A DNA stretch of 64,000 nt from assembly GCA_023261645.1 (NCBI GenBank), contig JAHFOO010000001.1:67871-131870 (forward strand). The letters run 5' to 3'. A model generated the notes under the pieces. The model was not told the origin of the DNA. It did no database searches and saw only the letters and a program-made list of their open reading frames with translations. The DNA comes from Candidatus Moraniibacteriota bacterium (GTDB lineage Bacteria > Patescibacteriota > Minisyncoccia > Moranbacterales > UBA1568). A program made the translations under genes and the position numbers. Below, piece by piece: positions 39,101 to 48,063 of this stretch (positions are counted from its first letter, which is position 1; every line of letters begins with the position of its first letter).

Positions 39101-42100
39101 TCACAGGACGCTGATGGCATCACTGTACCCGTGACATCCGGTACGACATATCTTTTCGAAGCTTCCGGGACATTCAATCCGACTTCTGCCCCCGGGTATG
39201 AGTCCGATGCCGCCTATACGAAAGTCAATGGTGTCGTGTCGGGCCTCTATGGCATCCACGGGACAGGCAATGATTACGCGGCACACGCCCTCCTCGGCGA
39301 TTTGGGAAGCGGAGTGGGAGTCATCGATTGGGGAACTCAGACGAATACGCATATCTACAACGAAGCCTATACTCCGAGCACCACAGGCAATGCACAGTTC
39401 GTCATCGGTGATCGTTACAGCAATTGGTTCGTGACTCCATATCAGAATCAATCCGGAATGAATGACAACCAAGGCGACCTGACACTCAAGCAATATGAAT
39501 GCCAAGCCAAATCGGAAGTCAAAGTCTGTAAGGTAGATGCGAGCGGCGCACCGCTTTCTGGTTGGAATGTATTTTTGAAAGGAGATAAAGTAGATACTGT
39601 TTCCGTTTTACCGACAGGAGCAACGTATTCTTCGTCTGCTCTTCCGACCGATGACTACATCCTCGAAGCGAACGGTACCTATACGTATCGACCAGGTACT
39701 CCTGGTGCGGAATACACCGATGCGAATTACTCGAAACGCGCTCCATCAGACTCTGTGTATGGCGGACCGTATGTTCCGTGGGTAAATGTGAACACATTCC
39801 CGAATCCGCATACCGGCCGGCTCGGTGTGATGGTGGATGGTTCAGCTACTGATTGGAGCAGTTATTTCAATCCGGCACATCAGTATGTTCTCGGTGAACC
39901 GAATCATACAGGTGTGTTTGATTTCAAGATTCTTGATGACGTCTACTCTGATAACAGCGGTTCTCTCCCAGTCGATATCTACAAAGGCTATGCCGGAGTG
40001 ACCAATAAAGATGGTTGTATCACTTTCGCAGATGTTCCACTCGGGACATACACGACAGGTGAGGTGATGCAGGACGGTTGGGAAAATGTTTCCGGCATCG
40101 GATCGGCCGTCGTCAATAACGCCACGGAAACCTTCACCCTTGAAAATCGTGAAATCCCGAAACCAGCCAAGATTTCTGCAGAAAAAGTGGTCTGTGATAA
40201 TGAGTCATATCTGCCGAATATGAGTGGTGGAGCGGATATCACCGCTACCACGGCCAGCAATTGGGTAGCTCAGAGCAATAATCACTGTCATATCGAGCCA
40301 GACTGGAATTTTCAGTGGTCCAGAAATGGCGGATCATTCGGGGCATTCCAAACCAATACTGCTTCCCTCGGATCTCCGTGGCAGACCTTCTCCGGTGAAA
40401 CACCGCTTCCTCTCGATGTCCTCGGACAGAAAGTGGAAGTCCGTGAAGTGTTCCCGAATACTACGTACGTTCCTTTCACGAACGCGGGCGATGTCAGCGC
40501 GGAAATCTATTGTGCCAATGACGTGGCCAACTATGACAACTGGGAGTGGATCCAGAATATCCAAGCCGGTACAACCTATCACTGCGTCGCATTCAATGCG
40601 CTGAAAAAGGCAACACTATCAATCAACAAAGTTTGTTTGCCGAGCACCAATGGCTTAGAGAAATTCAATTTACAAATAGATGATGCCAATGTCACCACCG
40701 ATACTCTGTGTGGTGGATCGACAAACGGTCCGATCGAAGTGACTCCTGGATCTCATACGGTTGGTGAAACAGGAGGTTCTGGAACAAATCTTTCTGATTA
40801 CACGTCTGTTATCAGCGGAGATTGTGCACCGGATGGTACAGTGAGTTTGATAGCAGGAGAAAATAAATCATGCACTATCACCAACACCAAAAAACCTCCG
40901 GTTACGGTTGTCGCTACGAAGGTTGTGTGTACCGATGAGGCTGACTTGCCAAATTGGGGGGCTGGTCCGTCCAATAACATCACTGCTATTACCGCCCAAA
41001 GATGGGTAAACACGCATTCAAGTTGCAAAATAATTACAGACTGGCAATTTCAATGGAGTCTCGATAACGTCGGGAATCCTGGTGACAATACAGAGGTCGC
41101 AGGGAGCGGTTGGAATACGTTCAATGCAGGCAGTGTTGAAATCAATAATCCTGATACATCACGTCTGTGGTTCCGTGAAGCCTTGAAGCCTGATTACATC
41201 CCATTCACATACGGTGCGACAGGGAATGCCAACAATGTCAGTGCGGAGTTTTACTGTAATTCTGATGTCTTGAACTACGACAACTGGGAATGGATTGATA
41301 CCGTACCCGGTCAAACCTATTATTGTGTCGCGTGGAATGTTCTCAAGACTGGAACGATTACGGGATTCAAGTGGAATGATCTCAACGGTAATGGAGAATA
41401 TGATTGTAACAATATCGGTACCGCACTTGTAGGAATCGAACCAATTTGCGAACCCAAGCTCTCAAACTGGACTATCTATATCGATACCAATAAAGACGGA
41501 GTGAATAATGATGGCGTTTCAACCACCACTGATACAGATGGTAATTACAGTTTCGGAAATCTTATTCCGGGCACGTATCATATCTGTGAAGAGCAACAGT
41601 TTGGTTGGACGCAGACTCCTTCGCCTGCCTGTCATGATGTCATCGTGACACCTGGTCAGACAAGCACAGATAATAACTTCGGAAACTTCCAGCTTGGAAC
41701 GATTACGGGTATCAAGTATGAGGATTGTAATGGTAACGGCGAACAAGATATTGACGGAGAAGACAGAGTCTCTGAACAAGCAGGGGCATGCCAAGAAACT
41801 GGCCTCGCTGGTTGGACCATCTATCTTGATCTCAACCAGAATGGATTGTGGGATGATGAACCGAAGACTGTTACGGATGGAAATGGTGCGTATAGTTTCA
41901 CAGGACTCTTGGCAGGGAACTACAGCGTGCGTGAAGTACAACAAGAAGGATGGCAACAAAGAGAGAACTTCTGTGGTGGCCCAACAATTTCAACGGATAA
42001 CAAGACGTTCAGACCGGAGGTAGTGAGTGGCGGAGCCAATATCGAATCCGGTTCTTCGGTAGATTGCCCGATTGGTAATATGCGTACACCAAGTCTCAGT

Positions 42101-43705
42101 ATCGAGAAATGGAAAGACGGTACGAGCACACGGCATCCCGGTGATACAGTGAGATATCATATCCGTGTGACAGCACACGACAATGATGTGCTCGGTGTCA
42201 GCGTCACCGATCTGCCACCGGCAGGATTTGTCTATGTTGGTGGGAGTGCGATTGCGGATCAAGGAGGACTCACTCATATATATGCCTCACCAGGTATCTG
42301 GACACTGGGTGATATGACTGCCGGACAGTCGATCGAACTTGCCTACGACACGACGATTTCCGGTACGCAAGACGCGGGTAATTACAGAGATCTCGCTTAT
42401 GCTACGGGAAATTCCGAGGCGAATACCGGAGATAATCCCGATGTCATCGCTGAAGACCCAATCGATTCTGATAACTTTGTCGGAACAGAGGTAGCGGTCG
42501 CTCTTCCTACTTCTCTGGCCGTTCAGTTGGATGAGAAAACCAAGACGAAAACAGAGACTCACAAGAAGATCAAGCAGGTGCTCGGAGCATCGACGCTCCC
42601 GGCAACCGGTGCCAATAGTCTGTGGATGGCACTCGCTGTGGCTATGTTGGCACTCGGGCTCGGTATGATCTTGCTCGCTCAAAAGAAGAAGACTTTGGCT
42701 ATGAATAAATCAAATGGTATGACTGTAAAAATGTTGGGACTGCTTGTTCTCGGAGTATCTGTCCTTGCTTTGCCGTCTACAGCAAGTGCTGTTTCGAACA
42801 CTTCTGTCCGTATCGAAACACCGAAAGCAGTCGTGAGCACTCCTGATCTCAAGATCGGATTCGTCGTGCTCGATATAAGCAATGGTACACCAAGTGTCGT
42901 ATGTGAGGTGAATAATGGCGGAGGGTTCACAAATTTCCCTTCTGGACATATCGAATATACTGCACAGCCTGGTGGGAACTCTGGAAACTGTGTCGTGGAT
43001 GCGATTGTGATGCCTGTAGATGGTGATTACACGTTTCGTGTCACTGCTGATGGTTCTGTTTCAAGCGATGAAGTTTCAGTTACACTCGTCTCGACTGCCC
43101 CCGGCACTCCGCTCAATTACAATCGTGAGAAGAACAGTTGCGGAGTATCATTTACGACGGCCAATGATGGCCTGACTACCGGTGTGGAACTGTATCGTTC
43201 GACAGAGAGTACGTTTGTCGCTGATGCATCGACGCTCGCTACAACGCTTGCTATCGCCCCGAATACGAATGGCTCGATGATCGATCCTGGAGCGGATTGC
43301 AAAGATTATTTCTATGCTATCCGGGCGGTGAGCGCTTCCGGTGCCGGCTCTTCATTTGTCGGTGATGACAACGTGAATGTCAAACACAAGACGAAGACCA
43401 AGACAGTGATAGAGACTGTCGCTGGTCCGGTCGGGGGAGCTATCCCTGTCACAGGTGGCGGAACAGTTGTCGGTGGTGAAGCGACACCAGGTACAGAAGG
43501 ATCCGTTCAAGGTGCGGAAACAGAGAATCTTCCGGGCAAAAGTGGATCGGTACTCGGTGAAGAAACGACAGCTGACAGCGGTTCGAACTCTTGGATGAGC
43601 AGTCATCCGTGGTGGTCTGCTATTATCGCTCTCGCCTTGCTTGCTCTCGGTTACTTCGGTTACCAGGCCTATCAGAAAAAGCGAAATGAACAACCCCTTC
43701 AGTAG
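36116..43705 (+). CDS. Giant multidomain surface adhesin (beta-helix, Cys-rich CGDG repeats, CBM-like, SdrD-B-like x2, DUF11-like, internal LPATG)
   Basis: 2529 aa; CGDGVVN/CGDGKVN, TITGFKWNDLNGNG and TITGIKYED.NGNG repeats, PGDTVRYHI, LPATG + TM, terminal TM. Confidence 0.85.
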   Translation: MKSLTRWVRRSMWRSLHKSFNVVVIMALLLQPVGTVGVYGAFSFSRGVPIATAVETEPATPVVDAPADVTPPKEDRVTPVEETKPVVEKKTTPADTPPVTMASPVITPTEIPASVPSISDTGASTENTGISSLSATTEGTSVTSQNTSPTDGVVPPVDTTVVAPADPVITTPEASVPPKETWVTDGNKSVTNDSVEKGKTYVAPQNDQVTVTFTKLPEKAGTLSIEEITLTDEQMSSLGALSNKAYDITSDMADGTFAYELTLPKAESEKNVQIKFAEDTAGLKNAETVPSDDVKTKNTSVNVTLDHFTIFVVVNPNTQPNCDAVSLGTTIGTTCFNTVSAAIAAAVSNDTIKVANGAYFETGLIIPSTKSGLTIEGQSKAGTTIHTTADWGFDIQADNTTLKNLTLVDDSTNAGYHVKVYNLNGFTFQDIAMTGFSFGTGVKRGGLDLNSVKNSSIKDVTIGGYYKNGYAITSVCNTTNTSSNAVLENVGVSNVGWNGFAFQLASGPSCSPAGSAITGVEFQGTNSVLNTGQFGVFVEGTAAIGISSPSSGPVDLGTFNFVGPFGFGYIGNQQKNNLSALQANFDGDTNPDTIETKIFHDCVNSPYPHGACNGVSDLSSGYGSVDYARVTLEEDKVNICHATSSSSNPYTSNSVSINSVSKCLDANGHGNHTGDIIPSYTTANCFYPGKNWDVAGQAIWNNQCEPVAVAPSCGDGVVNNNEACDYGTLNGSSTCSGSCQWNAAPVCSVDSTNVTNGEFEIPDVTNGAQWDIFNNSQVPGWTAAWYGGASTFGEVNRPDPKIEIHSGVNGWTTGSDQYVELDSDWDGPAGSLNGEPASIALSQTIPTIVGNEYTISFDYAARPNHNDNRLSFKVNGSEKFDSGNMVGGGSVSWHTQSYTFTATAGTSTILSFTETGTPDSYGMFLDNVRIGCSEAVKVCGDGKVNQTSEQCDGTDGVTAGMFCSANCQLIPQYDSPGFCPTDKPVKKLIDTYTISSQDADGITVPVTSGTTYLFEASGTFNPTSAPGYESDAAYTKVNGVVSGLYGIHGTGNDYAAHALLGDLGSGVGVIDWGTQTNTHIYNEAYTPSTTGNAQFVIGDRYSNWFVTPYQNQSGMNDNQGDLTLKQYECQAKSEVKVCKVDASGAPLSGWNVFLKGDKVDTVSVLPTGATYSSSALPTDDYILEANGTYTYRPGTPGAEYTDANYSKRAPSDSVYGGPYVPWVNVNTFPNPHTGRLGVMVDGSATDWSSYFNPAHQYVLGEPNHTGVFDFKILDDVYSDNSGSLPVDIYKGYAGVTNKDGCITFADVPLGTYTTGEVMQDGWENVSGIGSAVVNNATETFTLENREIPKPAKISAEKVVCDNESYLPNMSGGADITATTASNWVAQSNNHCHIEPDWNFQWSRNGGSFGAFQTNTASLGSPWQTFSGETPLPLDVLGQKVEVREVFPNTTYVPFTNAGDVSAEIYCANDVANYDNWEWIQNIQAGTTYHCVAFNALKKATLSINKVCLPSTNGLEKFNLQIDDANVTTDTLCGGSTNGPIEVTPGSHTVGETGGSGTNLSDYTSVISGDCAPDGTVSLIAGENKSCTITNTKKPPVTVVATKVVCTDEADLPNWGAGPSNNITAITAQRWVNTHSSCKIITDWQFQWSLDNVGNPGDNTEVAGSGWNTFNAGSVEINNPDTSRLWFREALKPDYIPFTYGATGNANNVSAEFYCNSDVLNYDNWEWIDTVPGQTYYCVAWNVLKTGTITGFKWNDLNGNGEYDCNNIGTALVGIEPICEPKLSNWTIYIDTNKDGVNNDGVSTTTDTDGNYSFGNLIPGTYHICEEQQFGWTQTPSPACHDVIVTPGQTSTDNNFGNFQLGTITGIKYEDCNGNGEQDIDGEDRVSEQAGACQETGLAGWTIYLDLNQNGLWDDEPKTVTDGNGAYSFTGLLAGNYSVREVQQEGWQQRENFCGGPTISTDNKTFRPEVVSGGANIESGSSVDCPIGNMRTPSLSIEKWKDGTSTRHPGDTVRYHIRVTAHDNDVLGVSVTDLPPAGFVYVGGSAIADQGGLTHIYASPGIWTLGDMTAGQSIELAYDTTISGTQDAGNYRDLAYATGNSEANTGDNPDVIAEDPIDSDNFVGTEVAVALPTSLAVQLDEKTKTKTETHKKIKQVLGASTLPATGANSLWMALAVAMLALGLGMILLAQKKKTLAMNKSNGMTVKMLGLLVLGVSVLALPSTASAVSNTSVRIETPKAVVSTPDLKIGFVVLDISNGTPSVVCEVNNGGGFTNFPSGHIEYTAQPGGNSGNCVVDAIVMPVDGDYTFRVTADGSVSSDEVSVTLVSTAPGTPLNYNREKNSCGVSFTTANDGLTTGVELYRSTESTFVADASTLATTLAIAPNTNGSMIDPGADCKDYFYAIRAVSASGAGSSFVGDDNVNVKHKTKTKTVIETVAGPVGGAIPVTGGGTVVGGEATPGTEGSVQGAETENLPGKSGSVLGEETTADSGSNSWMSSHPWWSAIIALALLALGYFGYQAYQKKRNEQPLQ

Positions 43706-43724
43706 AGACAATTTTTCCCGTAGT

Positions 43725-44405
43725 ATGGAAAAGACAGGCCCGCCCGCACCGTTACGCAAGTCCGCTGACGGAGCGTTTCGGGCAGGCATTGTTCTTGTGA
43801 CGATGTCTGTCATCATTTTTTTGCTGACTTTCTATCCTGTGGTGAAAGAAGAATTGAAATACCAGTTGCTTCCCAGACATACTGATGTTGTGGTGACAAC
43901 TCGTGAAGAAGCATCGAAACAGGCACAGACAGGAGGGAAAGTAAGTGACAATATCATTTATCCGGTGGATGAGGATTTCGGTATTGTCATTCCCAAACTT
44001 TCTGCTAATGCCAAAGTCATTCCTGATGTCGATTGGACGAACGAAGCGGTGTATCAGAGAGCTTTGACCCAAGGAGTGGCGCAGGCGAGGGGGACAGCCT
44101 CTCCGGGGGAGGCGGGGAATGTGTTTCTTTTCGCTCATTCCGGGGTTGACTTTTATGAGGCTGTTCTTTATAATGCCCAGTTCTATCTTTTGAGCAAATT
44201 GGTGCCCGGAGATGAGATCGATCTCTTTTATCACAAGCAGAAATTCGTCTATCGAGTGAGCGAGAAGAAGACGGTTTCGCCCGAGAATGTCGAGTATCTG
44301 ACAGACGATACCAAGGAGAAAACATTGACGCTGATGACCTGCACTCCGGCCGGGACGACGTTCAAACGCCTGCTCGTGATTGCCGATCAGGTGGAAAATA
44401 ATTAG
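43725..44405 (+). CDS. Sortase
   Basis: N-terminal TM, IVIPKL, GNVFLFAHS (His), TLMTC (Cys), RLLV (Arg); alternative start 43686. Confidence 0.92.
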   Translation: MEKTGPPAPLRKSADGAFRAGIVLVTMSVIIFLLTFYPVVKEELKYQLLPRHTDVVVTTREEASKQAQTGGKVSDNIIYPVDEDFGIVIPKLSANAKVIPDVDWTNEAVYQRALTQGVAQARGTASPGEAGNVFLFAHSGVDFYEAVLYNAQFYLLSKLVPGDEIDLFYHKQKFVYRVSEKKTVSPENVEYLTDDTKEKTLTLMTCTPAGTTFKRLLVIADQVENN

Positions 44406-44414
44406 CATACCATT

Positions 44415-45002
44415 ATGCAAGAATTGAGCGTGAAAATTTGGAAGAGTGTGCGAGAAAATCTCGTGGTGGTTTTCCTCTGTCTGTTTCTTATCATTGATAT
44501 TTTCTCCTTGTCAGCCATTACATACAGAGGTTCGGATGTCCTTCTGAATATTTCAGGACAAAGTGGGTCGTCCACAAACAGTGAGCGTGCCGTACAACCT
44601 CTCGCTTCGAAGAATATTCCCAAGATTTCGGAAATCAAGGGTCCGCGTATCGATGATGAAGCGGCGATGATTGCCGTGGAAGAATCTCTTTCTGCAGAGG
44701 CGCAGGCGAAAGCGTGTTTCAGTCTGCCGGCAGAGATTTGGGTATTTCTTCTGATAGCATTTGTTGCCCTTCTCATATTCAACCTCACGTACGATTTCGG
44801 ACGGGCGACGAAAATCCAGTGGGGATGGGAACTCGGGCTTGTCCTCCTCACCCTCCTTGCTTGGTTCATATGGGATGAATGTCGCACCTCCGTCTGGTTT
44901 CCTCTCTCCATCATCAAGATGGGAGTCATCATCTATGCCCTGTATCTGTATTTTTTCGAGAGAAAATTTCCAAAAGGAAAGACTGGGAGTCTGTTTCAAT
45001 AG
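44415..45002 (+). CDS. Hypothetical membrane protein
   Basis: N-terminal TM and three C-terminal TMs. Confidence 0.7.
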   Translation: MQELSVKIWKSVRENLVVVFLCLFLIIDIFSLSAITYRGSDVLLNISGQSGSSTNSERAVQPLASKNIPKISEIKGPRIDDEAAMIAVEESLSAEAQAKACFSLPAEIWVFLLIAFVALLIFNLTYDFGRATKIQWGWELGLVLLTLLAWFIWDECRTSVWFPLSIIKMGVIIYALYLYFFERKFPKGKTGSLFQ

Positions 45003-45021
45003 TTATATGTTAGATTCTCGA

Positions 45022-45213
45022 GCGTTGTTTAGAGTTGTTCCTTTCGGTTTTCTTTTGAGAGCACACTCGCTCACCCAGCCGTTTCACTCACTCCTGTTTC
45101 CCCTTCGCTCTTTTTGCTCTTGAAAAGCAAAAAACCATGCCCGCTTTGGGAAAACAAGTCTCTCAAAAGAAAATCGAAAAGAACGAAGCAGGAGATAACC
45201 TCATAAACAACGC
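45022..45213. repeat. Long nested palindromic element
   Basis: GCGTTGTTT/AAACAACGC outer stem; TTTCGGTTTTCTTTTGAGA/TCTCAAAAGAAAATCGAAA inner stem; CTCGCTCAC loop motifs. Confidence 0.7.
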
Positions 45214-45242
45214 CGTTCATTCTTACAAGTTACTGCGCAAAT

Positions 45243-45275
45243 AAAAAAAACCGAGCTTTTCAGGGCTCGGTTTTT
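45243..45275. terminator. Bidirectional terminator
   Basis: AAAAAAAACCGAGCT-N5-GGGCTCGGTTTTT. Confidence 0.8.
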
Positions 45276-45297
45276 CTTTTGGTTCAAGAAGTCTTTT

Positions 45298-45474
45298 TTA
45301 CAAGAGCCCCATTTGGCCAAAGAAGGTGAGGCTTATGACAGGAACGAGAGCAAGCAAGAATGCAAAGCTCATTTCTTCGTTTTTTGCCGCCTCTTGCGCC
45401 ACTTGTGCACATTTTTCGCAACCGCCTGTTCCACAGGATGTATCGGTGCTTGATGTCTCCATAATAGGTTCCAT
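45298..45474 (-). CDS. Small membrane protein (58 aa), absent from the ORF track
   Basis: MEPIMETSSTDTSCGTGGCEKCAQVAQEAAKNEEMSFAFLLALVPVISLTFFGQMGLL; own promoter and terminator. Confidence 0.7.
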   Translation of the reverse strand: MEPIMETSSTDTSCGTGGCEKCAQVAQEAAKNEEMSFAFLLALVPVISLTFFGQMGLL

Positions 45475-45500
45475 ACTATTTTTGTTAATATTTATGTTTG

Positions 45501-45520
45501 CCTGCCTGCCGGTAGGCAGG
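45501..45520. repeat. 20-bp REP-like palindrome
   Basis: CCTGCCTGCCGGTAGGCAGG. Confidence 0.9.
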
Positions 45521-45632
45521 TTTTTATTTTACCCAATTCGACTTTTGGGCTTTGCTTAGTGCAAATTGAGAAAGAAAAAACGGATGCCTGACGATTACGC
45601 CATTCACCCGCTTTTCACTTCTCAATACAACT

Positions 45633-45661
45633 AGTATAGCAGAAAATTATGCTTCCGTCAA
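45633..45661 (-). promoter_or_regulatory. sigma70 promoter for the small protein
   Basis: Minus strand TTGACG-17-TATACT with extended -10 TG. Confidence 0.7.
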
Positions 45662-45755
45662 CCCCGTCCATCGCCTTTCCTCGTCCATTTTGGTGATTTC
45701 GATTCTTCGGGTATAATGAGAAGGAAGTGGAGAAAAATGATAAGAAAGAAAGAGT

Positions 45756-46490
45756 ATGTACAAGAAAATATTTGGAGTAATCTTCGTCACCGGAGCGATG
45801 CTCCTCTCTGGTTGCACGACGCCCGAAGTGAAGAAAGAAACGCCTGCGAAAAACGATTTGTCATTCTATCCGGATGCGAGCAAGGAAGAAGGGACGACTC
45901 CGAAGACAACTCCTGAGAAGAAAGAACCTCAAACTCCATCGACGCCGACTCCTCAACCTGTTAACACACCAAACAACAAAAAAATGTATACAACACCACC
46001 AGCAATGACGATTGACGTCACCAAGACATACAGTGCGACGCTGAAGACTGATCTGGGTGACATCGTCGTCGACCTCTCTGCCAAGGATACACCGATAACT
46101 GTCAATAATTTTGTCTTTTTGGCACGAGAGAAATTTTATGATGATACTGTCTTCCATCGAACGATCAGTGGTTTTATGATTCAGGGTGGCGATCCGACCG
46201 GGACGGGTACAGGAGGTCCTGGATATAAGTTCGCCGATGAACCGTTCACGGGCGAATATACCAGAGGGACGCTGGCTATGGCCAATGCCGGACCGAATAC
46301 GAACGGTAGTCAATTTTTCATTATGCACAAAGACACGGCTTTGCCGAAGAGTTATGTGATTTTCGGACACGTCACAAGCGGTTTGGATGTCGTCGACAAG
46401 ATTGCGGAGGCTCCGACCATACGTGGAGGGGAAGGATCGTCGCCCATCACTCCGGTCGTCATAAAAACGGTCGTCGTGACAGAGAAGTAA
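45756..46490 (+). CDS. Cyclophilin-type peptidyl-prolyl isomerase, lipoprotein
   Basis: Lipobox LSGC; FHRTISGFMIQGGDP, AMANAGPNTNGSQFFI. Confidence 0.95.
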   Translation: MYKKIFGVIFVTGAMLLSGCTTPEVKKETPAKNDLSFYPDASKEEGTTPKTTPEKKEPQTPSTPTPQPVNTPNNKKMYTTPPAMTIDVTKTYSATLKTDLGDIVVDLSAKDTPITVNNFVFLAREKFYDDTVFHRTISGFMIQGGDPTGTGTGGPGYKFADEPFTGEYTRGTLAMANAGPNTNGSQFFIMHKDTALPKSYVIFGHVTSGLDVVDKIAEAPTIRGGEGSSPITPVVIKTVVVTEK

Positions 46491-46526
46491 TGCTTCGATT
46501 CTGTTCTCATTGAGAAAAGTTGATGC

Positions 46527-46552
46527 AAAAAACGAGGTCTCCCTCGTTTTTT
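46527..46552. terminator. Intrinsic terminator
   Basis: AAAAAACGAGG-TCTC-CCTCGTTTTTT. Confidence 0.8.
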
Positions 46553-46596
46553 GATGTCAGAAGATATGCTACAATGAAGGAAATAGGTGATACGTT

Positions 46597-48045
46597 ATGA
46601 TACCTTTATCAACATCTTCTTTTTTGTTCAGACTTCTTTTTTGTGGAGTCTCATTTTTTATTTTCATCGGTGTTTTGGGGAGTTCGCCATCTCTGGTATA
46701 TGCAGAGCAGACGCTCCCTCAAGAAGCGTTGGTGGATCTGGTCAAGCCATCGATCGTCCGTATCGTACAGCACGTGAGTGGCACGGCCAAGATCCCCCGT
46801 ATCAAGGTGGATATACAGAGGCGTTTGGTGGCCATACTACCGGATAAATGGAACGAAGTGCCGGTGGACGAGTATCTCGTAGGAAGCGGTTTCATCATCC
46901 ATCCCGATGGCTATATCGCCACCAATTCGCACGTCGTTTCAGAAGAGACGGTGAGAGAAACACTGGCATCCGATAACGCTTTGGCAGGACTGTATGAGAA
47001 TGCGCTCACTCTCAGCGATGCGGATATGCAAAGCTTTCTCAAGACAGAATCAGAAAATAGTTTCAGCAAAAAAGTCCTGCAGTTCGTCATCGATCAGAGC
47101 TTTTTTGATTTGAAGAATGAAGTATCCGTGCTCCGTCCCGATTCTTCGCAGAAGTCGATACCTGATCTCTCGAAGGAGGGTTTTCCTGCCGTGGTAGTTT
47201 CGGTCAATGACAATTTTTCGGAAGATGAGAAAGACGTCGCACTGATAAAGATCGATGAGTCTCGTCTGCCGGCACTGACCCTCGGAGGAGGAACGCTCGC
47301 TGTCGGGAAGAAAGCATTCATCTTCGGTTTTCCGGCAACAGCGGAGGTCAATTCAAACAATTCCCTGGAAGCCACATTCACGCAGGGTGTGGTGAGTTCC
47401 ATCAAACAATCTCTCGACAAGGATTTCAAGCTCTTTCAAACGGATGCCAAAGTATCTGAAGGATCGAGTGGTGGACCTCTCTTCGATGAGAGTGGTGCGG
47501 TCGTCGGAATAGTGACGTTCCAGACCGATGAGATGGATCGATCACAGGGAGACAATTTCGCCTTCGCTTTGCCGATAGGTTTGGTAGAGGAGATGGCCAA
47601 ACAAGCGGGTATTCTCCCTTTTGAAGGAACATACGGGAAGAACTTCAAGCAGGGCTTTCAATATTTCTCTCAGAAACAATGCATCAAAGCAAGTGATACT
47701 TTTCGATCGGCTCTGGACGGGAGCAATCCCATTTTTGTCACGGAAGATATGCTCTACACCTATTTCAAACAGTGTGATGATTTGCAAAAGACGGGGATGG
47801 CACTTGATACACGTCTGGATAAACTGCGAGGGGACATCCGCGCTTTGGGGAAACCACTGCTTTCTTTTATCGGCATCATACTGCTGTTTTTCGTAATTTT
47901 TGGTGTGGCGCTGTACTGGGTACTTGGTCAGGTACGGCGTGAAGAGCGAGAGATTTCCGTTTTGAAGACACGCCTGCATACGAACGAAGATCTTCTGAAA
48001 AAGTATGAAGACAGAGCTGAAGAAAAAGAAAAAAAGATCGACTAA
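46597..48045 (+). CDS. Trypsin-like serine protease, membrane anchored
   Basis: GSGFII, TNSHVV, DVALIKI, GSSGGP; C-terminal TM. Confidence 0.9.
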   Translation: MIPLSTSSFLFRLLFCGVSFFIFIGVLGSSPSLVYAEQTLPQEALVDLVKPSIVRIVQHVSGTAKIPRIKVDIQRRLVAILPDKWNEVPVDEYLVGSGFIIHPDGYIATNSHVVSEETVRETLASDNALAGLYENALTLSDADMQSFLKTESENSFSKKVLQFVIDQSFFDLKNEVSVLRPDSSQKSIPDLSKEGFPAVVVSVNDNFSEDEKDVALIKIDESRLPALTLGGGTLAVGKKAFIFGFPATAEVNSNNSLEATFTQGVVSSIKQSLDKDFKLFQTDAKVSEGSSGGPLFDESGAVVGIVTFQTDEMDRSQGDNFAFALPIGLVEEMAKQAGILPFEGTYGKNFKQGFQYFSQKQCIKASDTFRSALDGSNPIFVTEDMLYTYFKQCDDLQKTGMALDTRLDKLRGDIRALGKPLLSFIGIILLFFVIFGVALYWVLGQVRREEREISVLKTRLHTNEDLLKKYEDRAEEKEKKID

Positions 48046-48063
48046 AAGAAAAACGAATCATTT

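Noticed and set aside
45530-45565. c-di-GMP-I riboswitch-like words (GCAC..GCAAA) on the minus strand
   Set aside because: Lacks the GAAA-capped stem and the second stem of the consensus
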